Shown here piece by piece: positions 32,674-44,485 of a stretch of DNA of 64,000 nucleotides. The stretch lies in the NCBI GenBank assembly GCA_001599295.1, contig BCGN01000006.1, positions 434,001-498,000 on the forward strand. Direction: 5' to 3'. The number at the start of each line of letters is the position of its first letter. Positions within the stretch are counted from its first letter, which is position 1. The stretch comes from Sporopachydermia quercuum (Eukaryota). A program made the position numbers and the translations under genes. Under the pieces are notes generated by a model that saw nothing but the letters and a program-made list of their open reading frames with translations, made no database searches and was not told where the DNA came from.

Positions 32674-34186
32674 ATTGAATTAAATGTGCGTTAGTTGTTG
32701 GATAAGTCGTGAACAGTAGAGGTATATGTGCGTATGTGTTCAATGTATAAAGCTGGATGGTAAAGCAGTCTTTTCGTTGCTGATCGTTTCTTTTAGCTCC
32801 ATTTTTTTTTGTGCTCTTTGCTATCGAGTGGATCATTTCCTATTTATTAACTAATATCTAGGTAATGGTTCTATGGTGTTCGTCGTTCAAATATTATCCT
32901 ATCGAGTGGAAAGCTTTATTGGATACATCAGTAAAGACAATTAGTTCCTTTTATATAATCCCAGACACTAGACTTGTGTCAAGTATGTTATAAGATAGAA
33001 GCAACTTTGTCCGATTGTAATGAATAGACAACAATATCTCAAAAGAAAAATAGCAAAACTAGCTGTAAAAATAAACCCCTCTCCTTATCCTCATATTTAT
33101 CTATAATTAAGATATCTCTGACTACAGCGTTTTAGCATTGTATTATCTAGGTCTCAGGTACCATATGATGCCAATTATGGGATGAGCCCAGCCACAAATC
33201 ACTACAGATAATATCACTAGTAGAAAAAATTACGGTCCGGTTACATCACTTTCTCGATTGCTATTTTGTACTATAATGTATAGCAATTTTCATTTTGTTA
33301 TATACATATATCCATACATTTGCATTGTGATCTCTTTTCTGTTGTATCATTGATTCGTTGGACTGATTTCACAGATTACTTGATATAATGCAAAAAAATC
33401 TGTACCTGTTTCACAGAAGTGCTGAGTTTGTTTGTAGTGAAGAACAAATTGAGTTTTCTCAGAGTCCAAATGTGGGTGGTTTTGTGATAAAGTTTGTTGC
33501 ATGTGAAAATAGAAAAAGTACAAAAATGCTGGGATTCGATGGAATGCGATAATGAGAAAATAAGCCTAGGAATGAGATTTCGATAATAATAAAAGGGTAG
33601 ATAAATACACCTATTTAAACGCCCGATTAAAATCGAATTATGAATTTTGATGGATACTGGGACAGTATGCTGCCGTTCCAAAAATAGAGCTTACGTAGAC
33701 TGAGAGGGGGTTTTCACAGTATAGGCGGTTCTGGGAGCATCATAAAAGCGTGAGGAAGCTCATCAAGAGGGGGCAAATACTATAGCGTATCTTATGATGC
33801 TTCTATTATGGAATAAAAGTAAACCATACGAATCAAGAGGCTGAAAAGATACGAAGGTTCAGGCTGACATTAATGGAACTAGAGTACAGGAACAAGAAGT
33901 GACTAAGAAAGGAAAATAAACAGACATTACAGAAATCAACAAGATATACACTGAAAAGAGACCAGATACTAGTTATTCAAACGTGAAATCGAACGACGAC
34001 TATAATAATTAAATATGGAATTGAACATGGAATTGAATACAGGATTGAATACGGAAGTATTCAAAGGATATACTTATGGATAATAAATAATTCAATTGAC
34101 TTCTTAACAGCAGTAAATCTCAGCAATCTTCCTATCGTACTTTTAACGATCTTTCCAGCCTCTCAAAGGCAATTACCATAAAATAA

Positions 34187-35659
34187 TCAATGTCGTCGCT
34201 GAGGACCTTTAGGACGACTAAACCTGAGACTAGATTTTGATAAACCTGAAGAATGAGCACTGGCAGAGTCTGAACCTCCGGTATCAGAAACACCAGACTT
34301 GGCCGCCAGATCACTAAAATCAAGATCAGTTCCATCATGTGCTTCCATCTACGGCGACCTATAGTTAGTATGATAAACTGAACAAGAAACAGATACCAAT
34401 CTTCATCATGACACTTAAATAAATGAATGAACAAATGTAAGACATACCTCCTTAGTAACATCAATACCTAGTGATTTCAAGGTATTCACAACATGGATCC
34501 TGTTGGTTGCATACACCATTCTTTCCTTAACTTTTGCTCCTGATGGACAACTATAAACAAACACTACATACTAGTAGTTAGCAACAGGCATTCAACATCC
34601 ATTGAAATTGAAACTACTTTACCCACCAGAAGATCAAAATGTAACATACCAGAAAAACTAGGTTCTTTATAGACTGTATATATAGGGGAGTCGTCAGGGA
34701 TCTTACTGGACAATTCAGAGGCAGAACTAAGAGATTCAGATCTAAATAATGAAATGACCTCTTCCGGGAGTGTAATCTTGAATTGTAGAAGCTCCGATCC
34801 ACTTGACTGAGCCAACGACTGAATAGCATCTTTCAATTTATCTTCGAAATCAAAACCAACTCCGTTATGATCAGAAACAATAACACGAGTTCTCGCGGAA
34901 GATGTCCCTAACATTGAAACTACTTCATCCTCCTTAACGTGCTGTAAACTCTTCTCTTCAGCGGTCAAAGGTGCAGCTATAGCTTCATGAGCTTGAAATT
35001 GGTCCCAACCTTCTTTACTGACCTCGTCTAAGTCTGTCAAAAACAATTCAGTATGAAATCTAGAAGACCCTCCCAATTCTCTAATCAAGGTGATTCTAGA
35101 TGATGCGTATAACATTTTGCTCCGGACTGGAGCAGAATCAGGAACAAAAGAAATAAAGGCAATCTCTTCCGGACCATTAAGTTTATAAAGTATGTATCTA
35201 GCTTCATCCTTCTTCAAAAGTGTTTTTACAACAACAAAATCTTCTTCATAATTAGATCCACCTTCTACTATCTTATGAGGAACCATTGTTTCTACGCACT
35301 TGTTAGTGAACGTTCCTGTGATATAAGATGATATGACGGAATGGTCCAGAGGTATAAGGGAAACAAGGACCATAGTCAATTGAACCGAATTCCTATGGTA
35401 ATTGAAGAGATATCATATGAAAAAGAATCACAAGGAACTAACCGAGATTTTGCTATTATTCATCTTGTTTAATCACGGACATACCATTTTCAATTTTCAC
35501 GAGCAATGCTCTGCTTTTTCCATTGAGAAATTCTTTGAAAGAGCTTAAAAGCTCATCAGAAGCTGAATTAAGAATATGTTAACATCATCCTCAACTGTCA
35601 CAGAAAAACACACAAACAATCTATAAATAAATACCTTTGATACCTGATTGATTAGACAT
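34187..35659 (-). CDS. TWF1: Twinfilin (two ADF-H domains), 5 exons
   Basis: Exons 35659-35635, 35562-35485, 35291-34650, 34563-34448 and 34348-34187. The spliced protein reads MSNQSGIKASDELL...FISFVPDSAPVRSKMLYASSR...PLTAEEKSL...FVYSCPSGAKVKERMVYATNR...RFSRPKGPQRRH*. Confidence 0.92.
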
Positions 35660-36701
35660 AACGAAGGAAACAATTTCTATNTCCTGTGACAACCCTTGCA
35701 AACTATCTACCTCTATATGCCTCATCAGATGCAACAACGTTCAAGTAAGTGTTCAAACTCAAGAACCAATAGCAGCAAAGTAACTAAAAAGTGCCAACCT
35801 CAATTCCACACACTCTCAAATTTACCAGTTACTGAAAAAGACCTCTCGAACTATGACCACTCGTTTATCCACCATCCAAATCATCCATATCTGCCTAAAA
35901 CTCCTTGCTCCGAGCCTTTTCCATTATCACAAAACCAATGTCCCAAAACACATACCTAACTATGTAACTTTTTTTCTTTCTTTTTCCGTGGCACCCCCGT
36001 CTCAAAATAGGTATGATGAACACTCACAAAAAATTCCAATCATCACAAAAGCTTCCTATTTCGGCACAACATAAATATCTTCCCTTTTTAGATATACTAG
36101 TGATCTAATGGAGTTTTTTCGATATTGCAAGCAAGTGATGGATGGGGATAGTATAAGCAACTTGTAATTAAGGCGAGGATCAGAGGGAGACAGGGATCGG
36201 AGAGAAGGAAAGATGATGGAAATAAGATAAGAAAAGATTTTGAGTTGTCTTGGATGTAATCGGGATATTTTATAGGCAGAAGTTAATGGGATTTGTAGGA
36301 TTTGCTTTTGATAGGAAAGTATAGGGCCCCTTGATAAGAGATATACTATAACGGATCAACAACAGCAAGGAGTCGAATACAAGAATATTTGTCCGTTAAT
36401 TGTGCTGGTATTGCAAAGAGTGTGATAAGCTGCAGGTATCAAAGATTGAAATAAAAAAGAACGGACTGTTCTATTTCAACAACTCTATGCTTCGTTGATC
36501 TATTGATCCATTGAAATATCTACCTACTTATTCAAAACCGCACCTGCTTTTTGGGCTGAAATTGAAAACAAAGTTACTTTATTTGCTTACTATCCGTGTT
36601 AACCAAACAGATTACCAGGTAATAAAAGTTATGTTATTAGCAATCAAAAATACATCAATGAACAACATAGAATAGAACCTCTTTAGAACCACACACATAC
36701 T

Positions 36702-39700
36702 ATGGATCAATCAATTAAAATAGGGCAAAGAAAAGCCAAATTCAAAGCCAAAGAAATTAGAGACATAGAATTGAACTCCGCTTGTTTACTGATTTCAAAA
36801 CTCAGGTTTGGTTCTTATCGTGTTGATCAGTTTGATAGTAATGGATTCATAATACCCGATATTCAAAGGGAGCAAGAACACCAACATTTACATCAACATC
36901 AGGAGAAACCGGCCAAACAGTCAAATGAGCAAGAGAAAGAAAACGAACAGACAGAATCAAACGATGTATACATTGAAACACAATCAATCACTAGTTATTT
37001 AGACGTCTCTACGAGCCAACTTCTTATTCATATGACAAGTGAATCATGTTTAGATTTCACCCTGATGAATGATTTTTTCTTAACATATAGAAACTTCACT
37101 ACTAGTAAAGAAGTATGGGATCTCCTTGGAAGCAAACTATGCTGGGGTTTCATTCAAATAAACACCTGCAAGAATAGCAAAACTCAAACAATGGCTAGCA
37201 GAATCTGCATAAGGACTTTTACTGTAATTCGTCATTGGATTACCAATTTTTTCTCAGACGATTGGCTGAGCAACAAAAGGCTTAGAAAATCATTCACAAG
37301 TACTGTTGATTTATTATGGTCGCTATGCGCAATTGCAAGATCTAACAATAAAAAGCTTATGAAGTTCATACTAGTACACTTGAAAAGACAATGGTTAGAT
37401 CAAATCCAGCTTTACTACGGCGAGAGGGTATCAATGGAATCTGATACATTAGCTTATGGTGCTGCTTGTAAGACAATCTTAGTTCCTCGGGAATCGTTCA
37501 TTGAAAATGATGAAATAAGAAGTGGAAACGAGAACAGTCAATCAAATAATCAGTTACTATACAAATATCTTGACGATCTGTTAAATATTGGCTCTCAGTG
37601 TCATTTGGTTGACGGGAAATTCCCTTGTATGCAATCATCTAATGTCAAGGTGTCTTTGGTTGAAACTGAAGACGGGTATAAAATGATTGAGAGTATACCA
37701 GAAGGCGATAAAGTTAGTGGCAGTAATGTTGACAAAAGTAATAAGACAACTAGTATCAGGAAAGGGGCCAGAGGAAAGACAATTGACTATTTAGTTGAAT
37801 TGGCTATTGATGAGTTCAATAGATTGGAAAAGATAGTGAAAGCAAGACCAAGAGAAAGAGAAAGGCAGAAAGTGATCAATGATAGTATTGCTAGTGATGA
37901 TGAAAGAAGCATGATTGCTGGGAATAATACTAGTTACAATATTACTAGTAATAGGATTAATTCTAATAGCAATGACCAAACAACAGAATATACAGTTAAC
38001 ACTGCTACTTCTGAAAGCATTCACTTATCAGATATTCCGTCCTTTGTTGACGTTAGTTATAACGACCTTGATATACATATGGGCTCTAATTATTCCGCAA
38101 ATAATGCTGCATATAATAGTTCTGATAATAGGAACAACCTATTGAGAAAGCCAGCCATCAACAATCTAAACCAAATAAACACCAGTTCCAACAGTATCAA
38201 CAGTATGGGCAGAAGCAAAAATAATAATAGTATTGGATTCGATATATATACAGATTTTACTTTTGATATATCTCTTGATGGTATACATCACCAGACATTT
38301 GCTAGTCATGATGATAGTAATAAAAGCCATTTGATCAATAAAACACATTCGATACATTCGACTGATGTTTCGTACCAAAATCAGCTGTCAATACATGAAG
38401 ATGAAGGTGAGAATATCGTTGAATGTACTAGGAAATGTTCTAATGCGGATTACAACAATAAGAGTTGTAGTTTAAATGGCTCATCCGACTTTATACTTGG
38501 TCCTGATGGTGAACTCTATGAAATGTTTCCTGAACCAAACAGTACCAGTAACAGCAACAATTCTTTTGACTCATTAAAATCCGGTGACACAACTGAATCA
38601 ATGGTAGAAACAAGCCCAAGGAAAGGAAGTGTTGGTGCTGACTTGATTGGTGATATGTCAATAAAGGAATTGGAAAGGTTGAGTGAATTCCCAAGTATTC
38701 ATTATGAGAACAAAGAGATCGCAGTCTCTGAGACTTTGAAACTACTAGAAGGTAAAGTGAAGGATGTTTTCACCAATAATTTGATAGCAGATGGGTTTTC
38801 CAATAGTAGCATCGGATATAATATGAGTGGTGATAGTTATACTATGGACATGAGTGGTACTGGTACTAGTGTTACTTGTCCTTTGATGTCTTGTAGACCC
38901 CTGCCTCCAATCCCTGTGGAGGGAAATGAAGATACTAGCGAGAGAAATGGTACACCTACTAGTATTAATTCAGAGTCAAACACTTCTATCTCAGATTGTG
39001 ATATGGTTGTTAGTAATGGAAACGAGAACAGTGAAGAAGGTAGCTTGGTTACAAATATGTCTGATATTGAGGATATGGATATGATTATTCCAATGTCTAC
39101 TCGTGATGAAGTTCACAGGAGTAGCGATTTGATGAGGTCGTTCAATTCTGTTTCCGATGAAATGGGTGATTTGGGCAGTAGTTTAGAGATGTCGATACGA
39201 GAGAAAGAATATAAAAAGAATGATAACAAGCAATCAGTTAACGTTCAAGAAAGCATCCGGGGAAATATTCAGGAAAACAATCAAGAAAATACACAACAAA
39301 ACTACAAGGAATCTAACATTGTCAACTATTCATATCGAAGAAACAACTCTTCTGAAACTTCCAGTNCTCATTCGTTCTCAACCTCTGTCTCTAATCTATC
39401 AAGATCAACTGCATTTAGCCACGAGGTTGCTACTAATATTTCTTCTAATTCAAAAACTCATGTGCACGTTCCGTTTATTATGGAATACCCTCCAGACCAT
39501 ATAGTTCATGTGCTATCATTGTTAGAGAAAGAAAGCTTTCTCTCTATCCAATGGACAGAATTTTGTAATTTGAAAGCCGAAAAAATCTCCTCGCACCCAG
39601 TTAGAAGCTGGCTTGAATGGTATTTCATCCAAAAGGACCACTGGAAAGCAGATTTGAAGAAAAACGGCATTTCCGTATATATCTCACGATTCAATTTGAT

Positions 39701-40295
39701 GGTCAATTGGGTGATATCTCAAATCCTATTAACCAAAAATAACACCATTCGTGAGCAGGTGATCAAGCGTTTTATTGAAATAGCAGAGAAATCCTTTGAA
39801 CGTCAGAATTATTCAACATTTGCTCAAATCACACTGGCATTAAACTCAGAGTCCATTCTAACGCTCAATTATCAGAAGCATCAGATCGAAGGTATAACTA
39901 AGCTCATAGAGATAATGTCACCTACGAACAATTTCAAAAAGATGAGAAGAGTTATGCAGAATGCAGATAGAAAGAAAGGAATAATTCCGTTTTTAGGGAT
40001 ATATTTGAAGGATTTGGTTCAAACGGAAGAAACTGGCGGTATGAATGGAAGTAATATTACTCTTGGAAGTATTAACTTTACGGCTCAAAGGGCAACCGCA
40101 AAAATAATTACAGTTATCAGAGAATATATGAGTAGTTGTGAGAATTACGACAATAACTATAGGAAGCAAAGGCTTGGCGAAGGAATAGAAGTCGCTGATG
40201 AATGTATTAGCATGGACTTAAAAGCTAAGTGTATTTATATTAAGAGTCTTACTGATGAAGCAATGGAGGAAAAGTTGAGTGAGATATTAGCATGA
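36702..40295 (+). CDS. LTE1: Lte1-like RasGEF (REM domain + split CDC25-like domain), mitotic exit regulator
   Basis: REM: DFFLTYRNF, RTFTVIRHWITNFFSDDW. After a long S/N-rich linker comes HVPFIMEY...SWLEW...ISRFNLMVNWVISQILLT...QNYSTFAQITLAL...IIPFLGIYLKDL. Confidence 0.8.
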   Translation: MDQSIKIGQRKAKFKAKEIRDIELNSACLLISKLRFGSYRVDQFDSNGFIIPDIQREQEHQHLHQHQEKPAKQSNEQEKENEQTESNDVYIETQSITSYLDVSTSQLLIHMTSESCLDFTLMNDFFLTYRNFTTSKEVWDLLGSKLCWGFIQINTCKNSKTQTMASRICIRTFTVIRHWITNFFSDDWLSNKRLRKSFTSTVDLLWSLCAIARSNNKKLMKFILVHLKRQWLDQIQLYYGERVSMESDTLAYGAACKTILVPRESFIENDEIRSGNENSQSNNQLLYKYLDDLLNIGSQCHLVDGKFPCMQSSNVKVSLVETEDGYKMIESIPEGDKVSGSNVDKSNKTTSIRKGARGKTIDYLVELAIDEFNRLEKIVKARPRERERQKVINDSIASDDERSMIAGNNTSYNITSNRINSNSNDQTTEYTVNTATSESIHLSDIPSFVDVSYNDLDIHMGSNYSANNAAYNSSDNRNNLLRKPAINNLNQINTSSNSINSMGRSKNNNSIGFDIYTDFTFDISLDGIHHQTFASHDDSNKSHLINKTHSIHSTDVSYQNQLSIHEDEGENIVECTRKCSNADYNNKSCSLNGSSDFILGPDGELYEMFPEPNSTSNSNNSFDSLKSGDTTESMVETSPRKGSVGADLIGDMSIKELERLSEFPSIHYENKEIAVSETLKLLEGKVKDVFTNNLIADGFSNSSIGYNMSGDSYTMDMSGTGTSVTCPLMSCRPLPPIPVEGNEDTSERNGTPTSINSESNTSISDCDMVVSNGNENSEEGSLVTNMSDIEDMDMIIPMSTRDEVHRSSDLMRSFNSVSDEMGDLGSSLEMSIREKEYKKNDNKQSVNVQESIRGNIQENNQENTQQNYKESNIVNYSYRRNNSSETSSXHSFSTSVSNLSRSTAFSHEVATNISSNSKTHVHVPFIMEYPPDHIVHVLSLLEKESFLSIQWTEFCNLKAEKISSHPVRSWLEWYFIQKDHWKADLKKNGISVYISRFNLMVNWVISQILLTKNNTIREQVIKRFIEIAEKSFERQNYSTFAQITLALNSESILTLNYQKHQIEGITKLIEIMSPTNNFKKMRRVMQNADRKKGIIPFLGIYLKDLVQTEETGGMNGSNITLGSINFTAQRATAKIITVIREYMSSCENYDNNYRKQRLGEGIEVADECISMDLKAKCIYIKSLTDEAMEEKLSEILA

Positions 40296-40873
40296 GGATG
40301 GGTAGGACAATGAGAGGAGATAAACGAGATGGATTTTACCAGGGATTTCATATCAGTAGATAGGTAATTAGTAGAAAATATCTATGGAATAACAAGGAAT
40401 GGATAGAGTAGATATCAGAAAACTCTCTATCACTTGAGAGTTTTCTAATTTTTATTATAGCGAGAGAGTCCCATAAATTACTTGAACAAAAATTCATAGT
40501 TCAATGTCTTCAATATTCGGTGAGTCATCTACGAAATAATTTTAACTGCATATTCCATTGATTACTATGCTTGTCAATTATTTCAAATCGCCGATCAAAG
40601 CTTTTCATGCGAAAGATTCAAAATTGATTCCAAAAAAACTGCATCATTATATTCAATTTACATTCAATTGTAGCTACTATAGTTAATTTTGGCTACCTCT
40701 GATGCTAAATGTTATTAAGACACTAATGGCTTTATACAGCCAATATCGAATTGCAGATTGTATTTTGGTATGAGAATCGAACATTTATAGAGTATCAATC
40801 ATGGTTGAATAAATACATTACTACAGATCATAAGTTAGAATTGTTTATCATATCCCGAATTACTGGAATTGCA

Positions 40874-41947
40874 CTAATAATCCATTATCTCATCATTTCT
40901 ACCAATTCCTCCATTATTATTGCTTCTATCATTTCGATCAAAAGAACCTCTGAATGCTTCATTATATGGTGGATTCCTTCTTTCAGTAGTTAAAACCCTA
41001 TCGCTATTATTGTCATTATATATTCTGTTTTCTTGATCAACAATTGCATCATTATTATCATTATTACTATCGTTATCAGTATAGATATTTTTGTCATCAT
41101 CAATATTTTCGATGTCAACTGAGTTTCTTCGATATCCATGATCACTAGAGGGTTTATCTGCATTAACTGCATCAACTACATCAACAGAGATAGCGTCTAA
41201 ATCCCTATTTTCATAATTCTTACTATGACCATTCAATTGATTTTCTATTGTTTCTTCTTGATCAATATCTAGTTTGATAGGTAAATAATAGATTACTGGT
41301 TTAGTAGATGTGTGAAGCAGCTCCTCTTTCCTTCTCTCAGGTGCTTGCGAGAGAAAATCTTCTGAACCATATGAATGATCTTCTCTACTTCTGTTACTTC
41401 CTTTAAAGGAGTCGTTATCATCATAAGACCTACTTCTGCTTCTGGAGCTATTTATTGGTCTACTCCCTCTTCTTTTGTCTCTACTATCAGGGAACCAAAT
41501 ATCATGATCTCTTGTTGGGTCAAAACTCCTGCTTCTATTCCCATTTCTACCTCCGTTGATGCTTCCTCTTCCTCTTCCCCTTTCTCCGTTATCTCTATAC
41601 CTTCTAGGGTTAGAGAAAGGATTTGGTATATCTCGAGCTTGTTCTTCCATTAGCTTCTTTCTAGCTTCTACTCTTTCTTCTATTATCCTTCTTTTTTCCA
41701 ACACTGATATTTCATTACTGACATCACCATTATTATTACTATTACTGTTTCTAACGTCTTTCGATTCATTCAATGAGTTGATCAAATTACCAAACAAACG
41801 AGCTCCTCTTCCTCGCTCCGCTCTTTTCACATTCTCACGAGCTTTTCTTAGAGTATCGTCGGAAGATCTTTCATTGCGAGAACTGTCAGCAAAGGCCCTT
41901 TTTGGAGCCCCTGGTATGCCTGAATTGCCATTAGATTCTGCATCCAT
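40874..41947 (-). CDS. Pinin/SDK/MemA-domain protein
   Basis: Contains ERGRGARLFGNLINSL, KRRIIEERVEARK and LHTSTKPVIYYLPIKLDIDQEETIENQ (pinin domain motifs), plus an RS-dipeptide stretch SRSRSRS. Confidence 0.7.
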   Translation of the reverse strand: MDAESNGNSGIPGAPKRAFADSSRNERSSDDTLRKARENVKRAERGRGARLFGNLINSLNESKDVRNSNSNNNGDVSNEISVLEKRRIIEERVEARKKLMEEQARDIPNPFSNPRRYRDNGERGRGRGSINGGRNGNRSRSFDPTRDHDIWFPDSRDKRRGSRPINSSRSRSRSYDDNDSFKGSNRSREDHSYGSEDFLSQAPERRKEELLHTSTKPVIYYLPIKLDIDQEETIENQLNGHSKNYENRDLDAISVDVVDAVNADKPSSDHGYRRNSVDIENIDDDKNIYTDNDSNNDNNDAIVDQENRIYNDNNSDRVLTTERRNPPYNEAFRGSFDRNDRSNNNGGIGRNDEIMDY

Positions 41948-42591
41948 GTTGTATACATATATTAGGCTATTATTATGTTGAGATGTGAATGTGGCTGCAG
42001 TGGTAGGGTAGGTAGTAAGTACTAGGGAATATCACAGAACCTAGGAAGTTTGGTTATCGTGTCTTTAATTGTAAGTTCAGTATTAAATAGTCAACGCTTG
42101 ATACTTTGTTTCTGACTGATTGTACTTTGCTGATACAAAATCTAAGCCTTTCTATGGTGATCTATTGTATTCTGTCATTTCCTGTAATTTAGTGCATTAT
42201 TCCCCAGTAATCACCTACAATCCATATCTTATATATCTTCCCGTATTATGCACAGTTTATATCTGACGAAACAGCTAATTACACTTCTTCTATTCATTAA
42301 TCAAGCTACTAATTCCCAGCAAAACTCATGAAGACGATTTGTTGATATACCATTTATTCCTTCCTTCTTTCTGTCTTTTGATTAGAAGCTGTGGCACAAA
42401 CACTACTAAGGCCAAAAACTCTGTAATAGGAATTTTTGACATATTGGGAAATCTATTTCTTAGATGGATATTAAGGTTAAAAGAGTTCACTCTACAGTTA
42501 TTAAATTATTACATAATCAGTAATCAGAACTTACAATTGTCAGCCTTTCTTTGGCTAAACCTTATATCCTAGTCAGGAAAGCTCATAGTAA

Positions 42592-42601
42592 GAAAATTTT
42601 T
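42592..42601 (+). promoter_or_regulatory. RRPE-like element upstream of MAK16
   Basis: GAAAATTTTT about 420 nt upstream of a ribosome-biogenesis gene. Confidence 0.4.
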
Positions 42602-43018
42602 GCTANGAATTCCTATTGCAAGTAACGAAAAAAATGTTTACTGTGAGAAAGAGGATTGAAGATTGATTACAGATGATTAGATGTTTATCTAAAACAATGC
42701 TGGTCTATTGTTTTTTGGAGAGAAGAAGGAACAAATAGCGTGTGCAATACATTATTCAAATAATAGGTCATTGAGATCTTGGTTAATTGAAATATTAGAA
42801 AGAATTAAATTGTCACAGAAGAACCGGGTGAATATAGATGGTAGTTAAGAGGTATCAGTAGCTAGAATATATTAGCAAAGGAAAATCAAGTGAAAGGTTT
42901 TCTGAGAACTCTGAGAAGATTTATACAGAATTTTTTGGGTTAAAGGAAGGGAAATAAAAGGGTCATATAAATTATTCAAGGCACTAGAAGCTATCAAAGA
43001 AATAAGAAATAAGCAAGA

Positions 43019-44042
43019 ATGTCTGATGAAGTAAGTACCATTTGAATGAGGTTAGGATAGAATAAGTTAAGTGCTTGTTGATAAGAGCAGAAACTAACCA
43101 GGAAACTAGATAATATGGCAAGTAATCAATCAGCAATTTTGTTCGTTTAAGCTGAAAACTACAAAAGAACAAAATTTTTGCAGAAATGAATATAATGTAA
43201 GCGGATTGTGTAGTCGTCAATCATGCCCATTGGCTAATTCACGATATGCTACAGTTAGAAACGTTGAAGGAAGACTCTACCTATACATGAAGACCATTGA
43301 AAGAGCCCATATGCCTAATAGATTATGGGAAAGAATAAAGCTACCTAAAGAATATTCTAAGGCATTAGAACAAATTGATAAACATTTAATCTATTGGCCA
43401 AAGTTTTTAATTCATAAATGTAAGCAGAGACTTACAAGGTTGACACAAGTTGCTATTACAGAAAGACGATTAACCCTCAAAGAGGAAGAACGTCATTATG
43501 TTGGTGTGAAGCCAAAGGTGAAACGACGAGAACAAACCAGAGAGAGAAAGGCTTTGGCTGCTGCTAAGATTGAAAAGGCAATTGAGAAGGAACTTTTGGA
43601 TAGGTTGAAATCTGGCGCTTATGGTGACAAACCGTTGAATGTGGATGAAAAGATTTGGAAGAAGGTTTTGAATGGTGTTGAAGAAACTGAAGGACTTGAA
43701 GAAGAAGAGTTAGAGGAAGATTCTGATTTAGAAGACGAAGAATCTGATTATGGTGAAGTTGAATATGTTGAAGCTGATGAAGATGATGAAGAAAACTTAG
43801 TTGATTTAGAAGATCTTGAAGCATGGCTTGGTGGTAGCGATTCAGAAGAAAATGCTACTGATAGTTCTGATGAAGACAGTTCAGAAGAAGAATCAGAAGA
43901 TGACGCTAAAGCTGGAAGTAAAAGAAAATCATCTGGTAAGAAAGCCGGAAAGAATAAGAGACCTAAAGGACCAAGAGTTGAAATTGAGTACGAAGAGGAG
44001 AGAGAGCCTATTACAAATTTGCAGGCACTTGCTCAATATTAG
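43019..44042 (+). CDS. MAK16: 60S biogenesis factor Mak16, 2 exons
   Basis: Exon 1 is 43019-43030 (MSDE). Intron 43031-43109 is GTAAGT...AACTAAC...TAG. Exon 2 reads [45 protein letters not shown] and continues to an acidic tail and VEIEYE. Confidence 0.95.
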
Positions 44043-44485
44043 TGGGATAACTACACTATATGTATTGGATAAAAGGGGTTTTCATATATACTTAATGTTT
44101 TCATATTGCATTGCATTAGAAGAGCTTTCAACGTAGGAGAAAATGGTATTCGCTATATTGCAAAGTAGTTTGGTTCTGAATCTTCGTAGTAATCTTTAGA
44201 ATGTTCGAGTTAAGTTGTTACTATCTTGAGAAGCATTTTAATTTACTTTGCATTATGAAACAATAGTTTAAAAGCCGTTACAGCAAGGTCAGTAAGGTTG
44301 ATATGAGATCTTGAAACAAAAAGTATATCTCACGTATCACCAAACCCTCATACTTCGACTTTGGTTGGAAAATATTGAGTAAACTACAGTAATTATCTAA
44401 AAGAACGCTACTAAGCAAAGAAATTAAAACTAGATGATTGTTTTCTATGTAATTTTGATGATTAACTAAAGAACTTATATATTGT

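Noticed and set aside
34132..34464. 110-aa minus-strand ORF
   Set aside because: It is an alternative-frame reading across TWF1 exon 4, intron 4 and exon 5.
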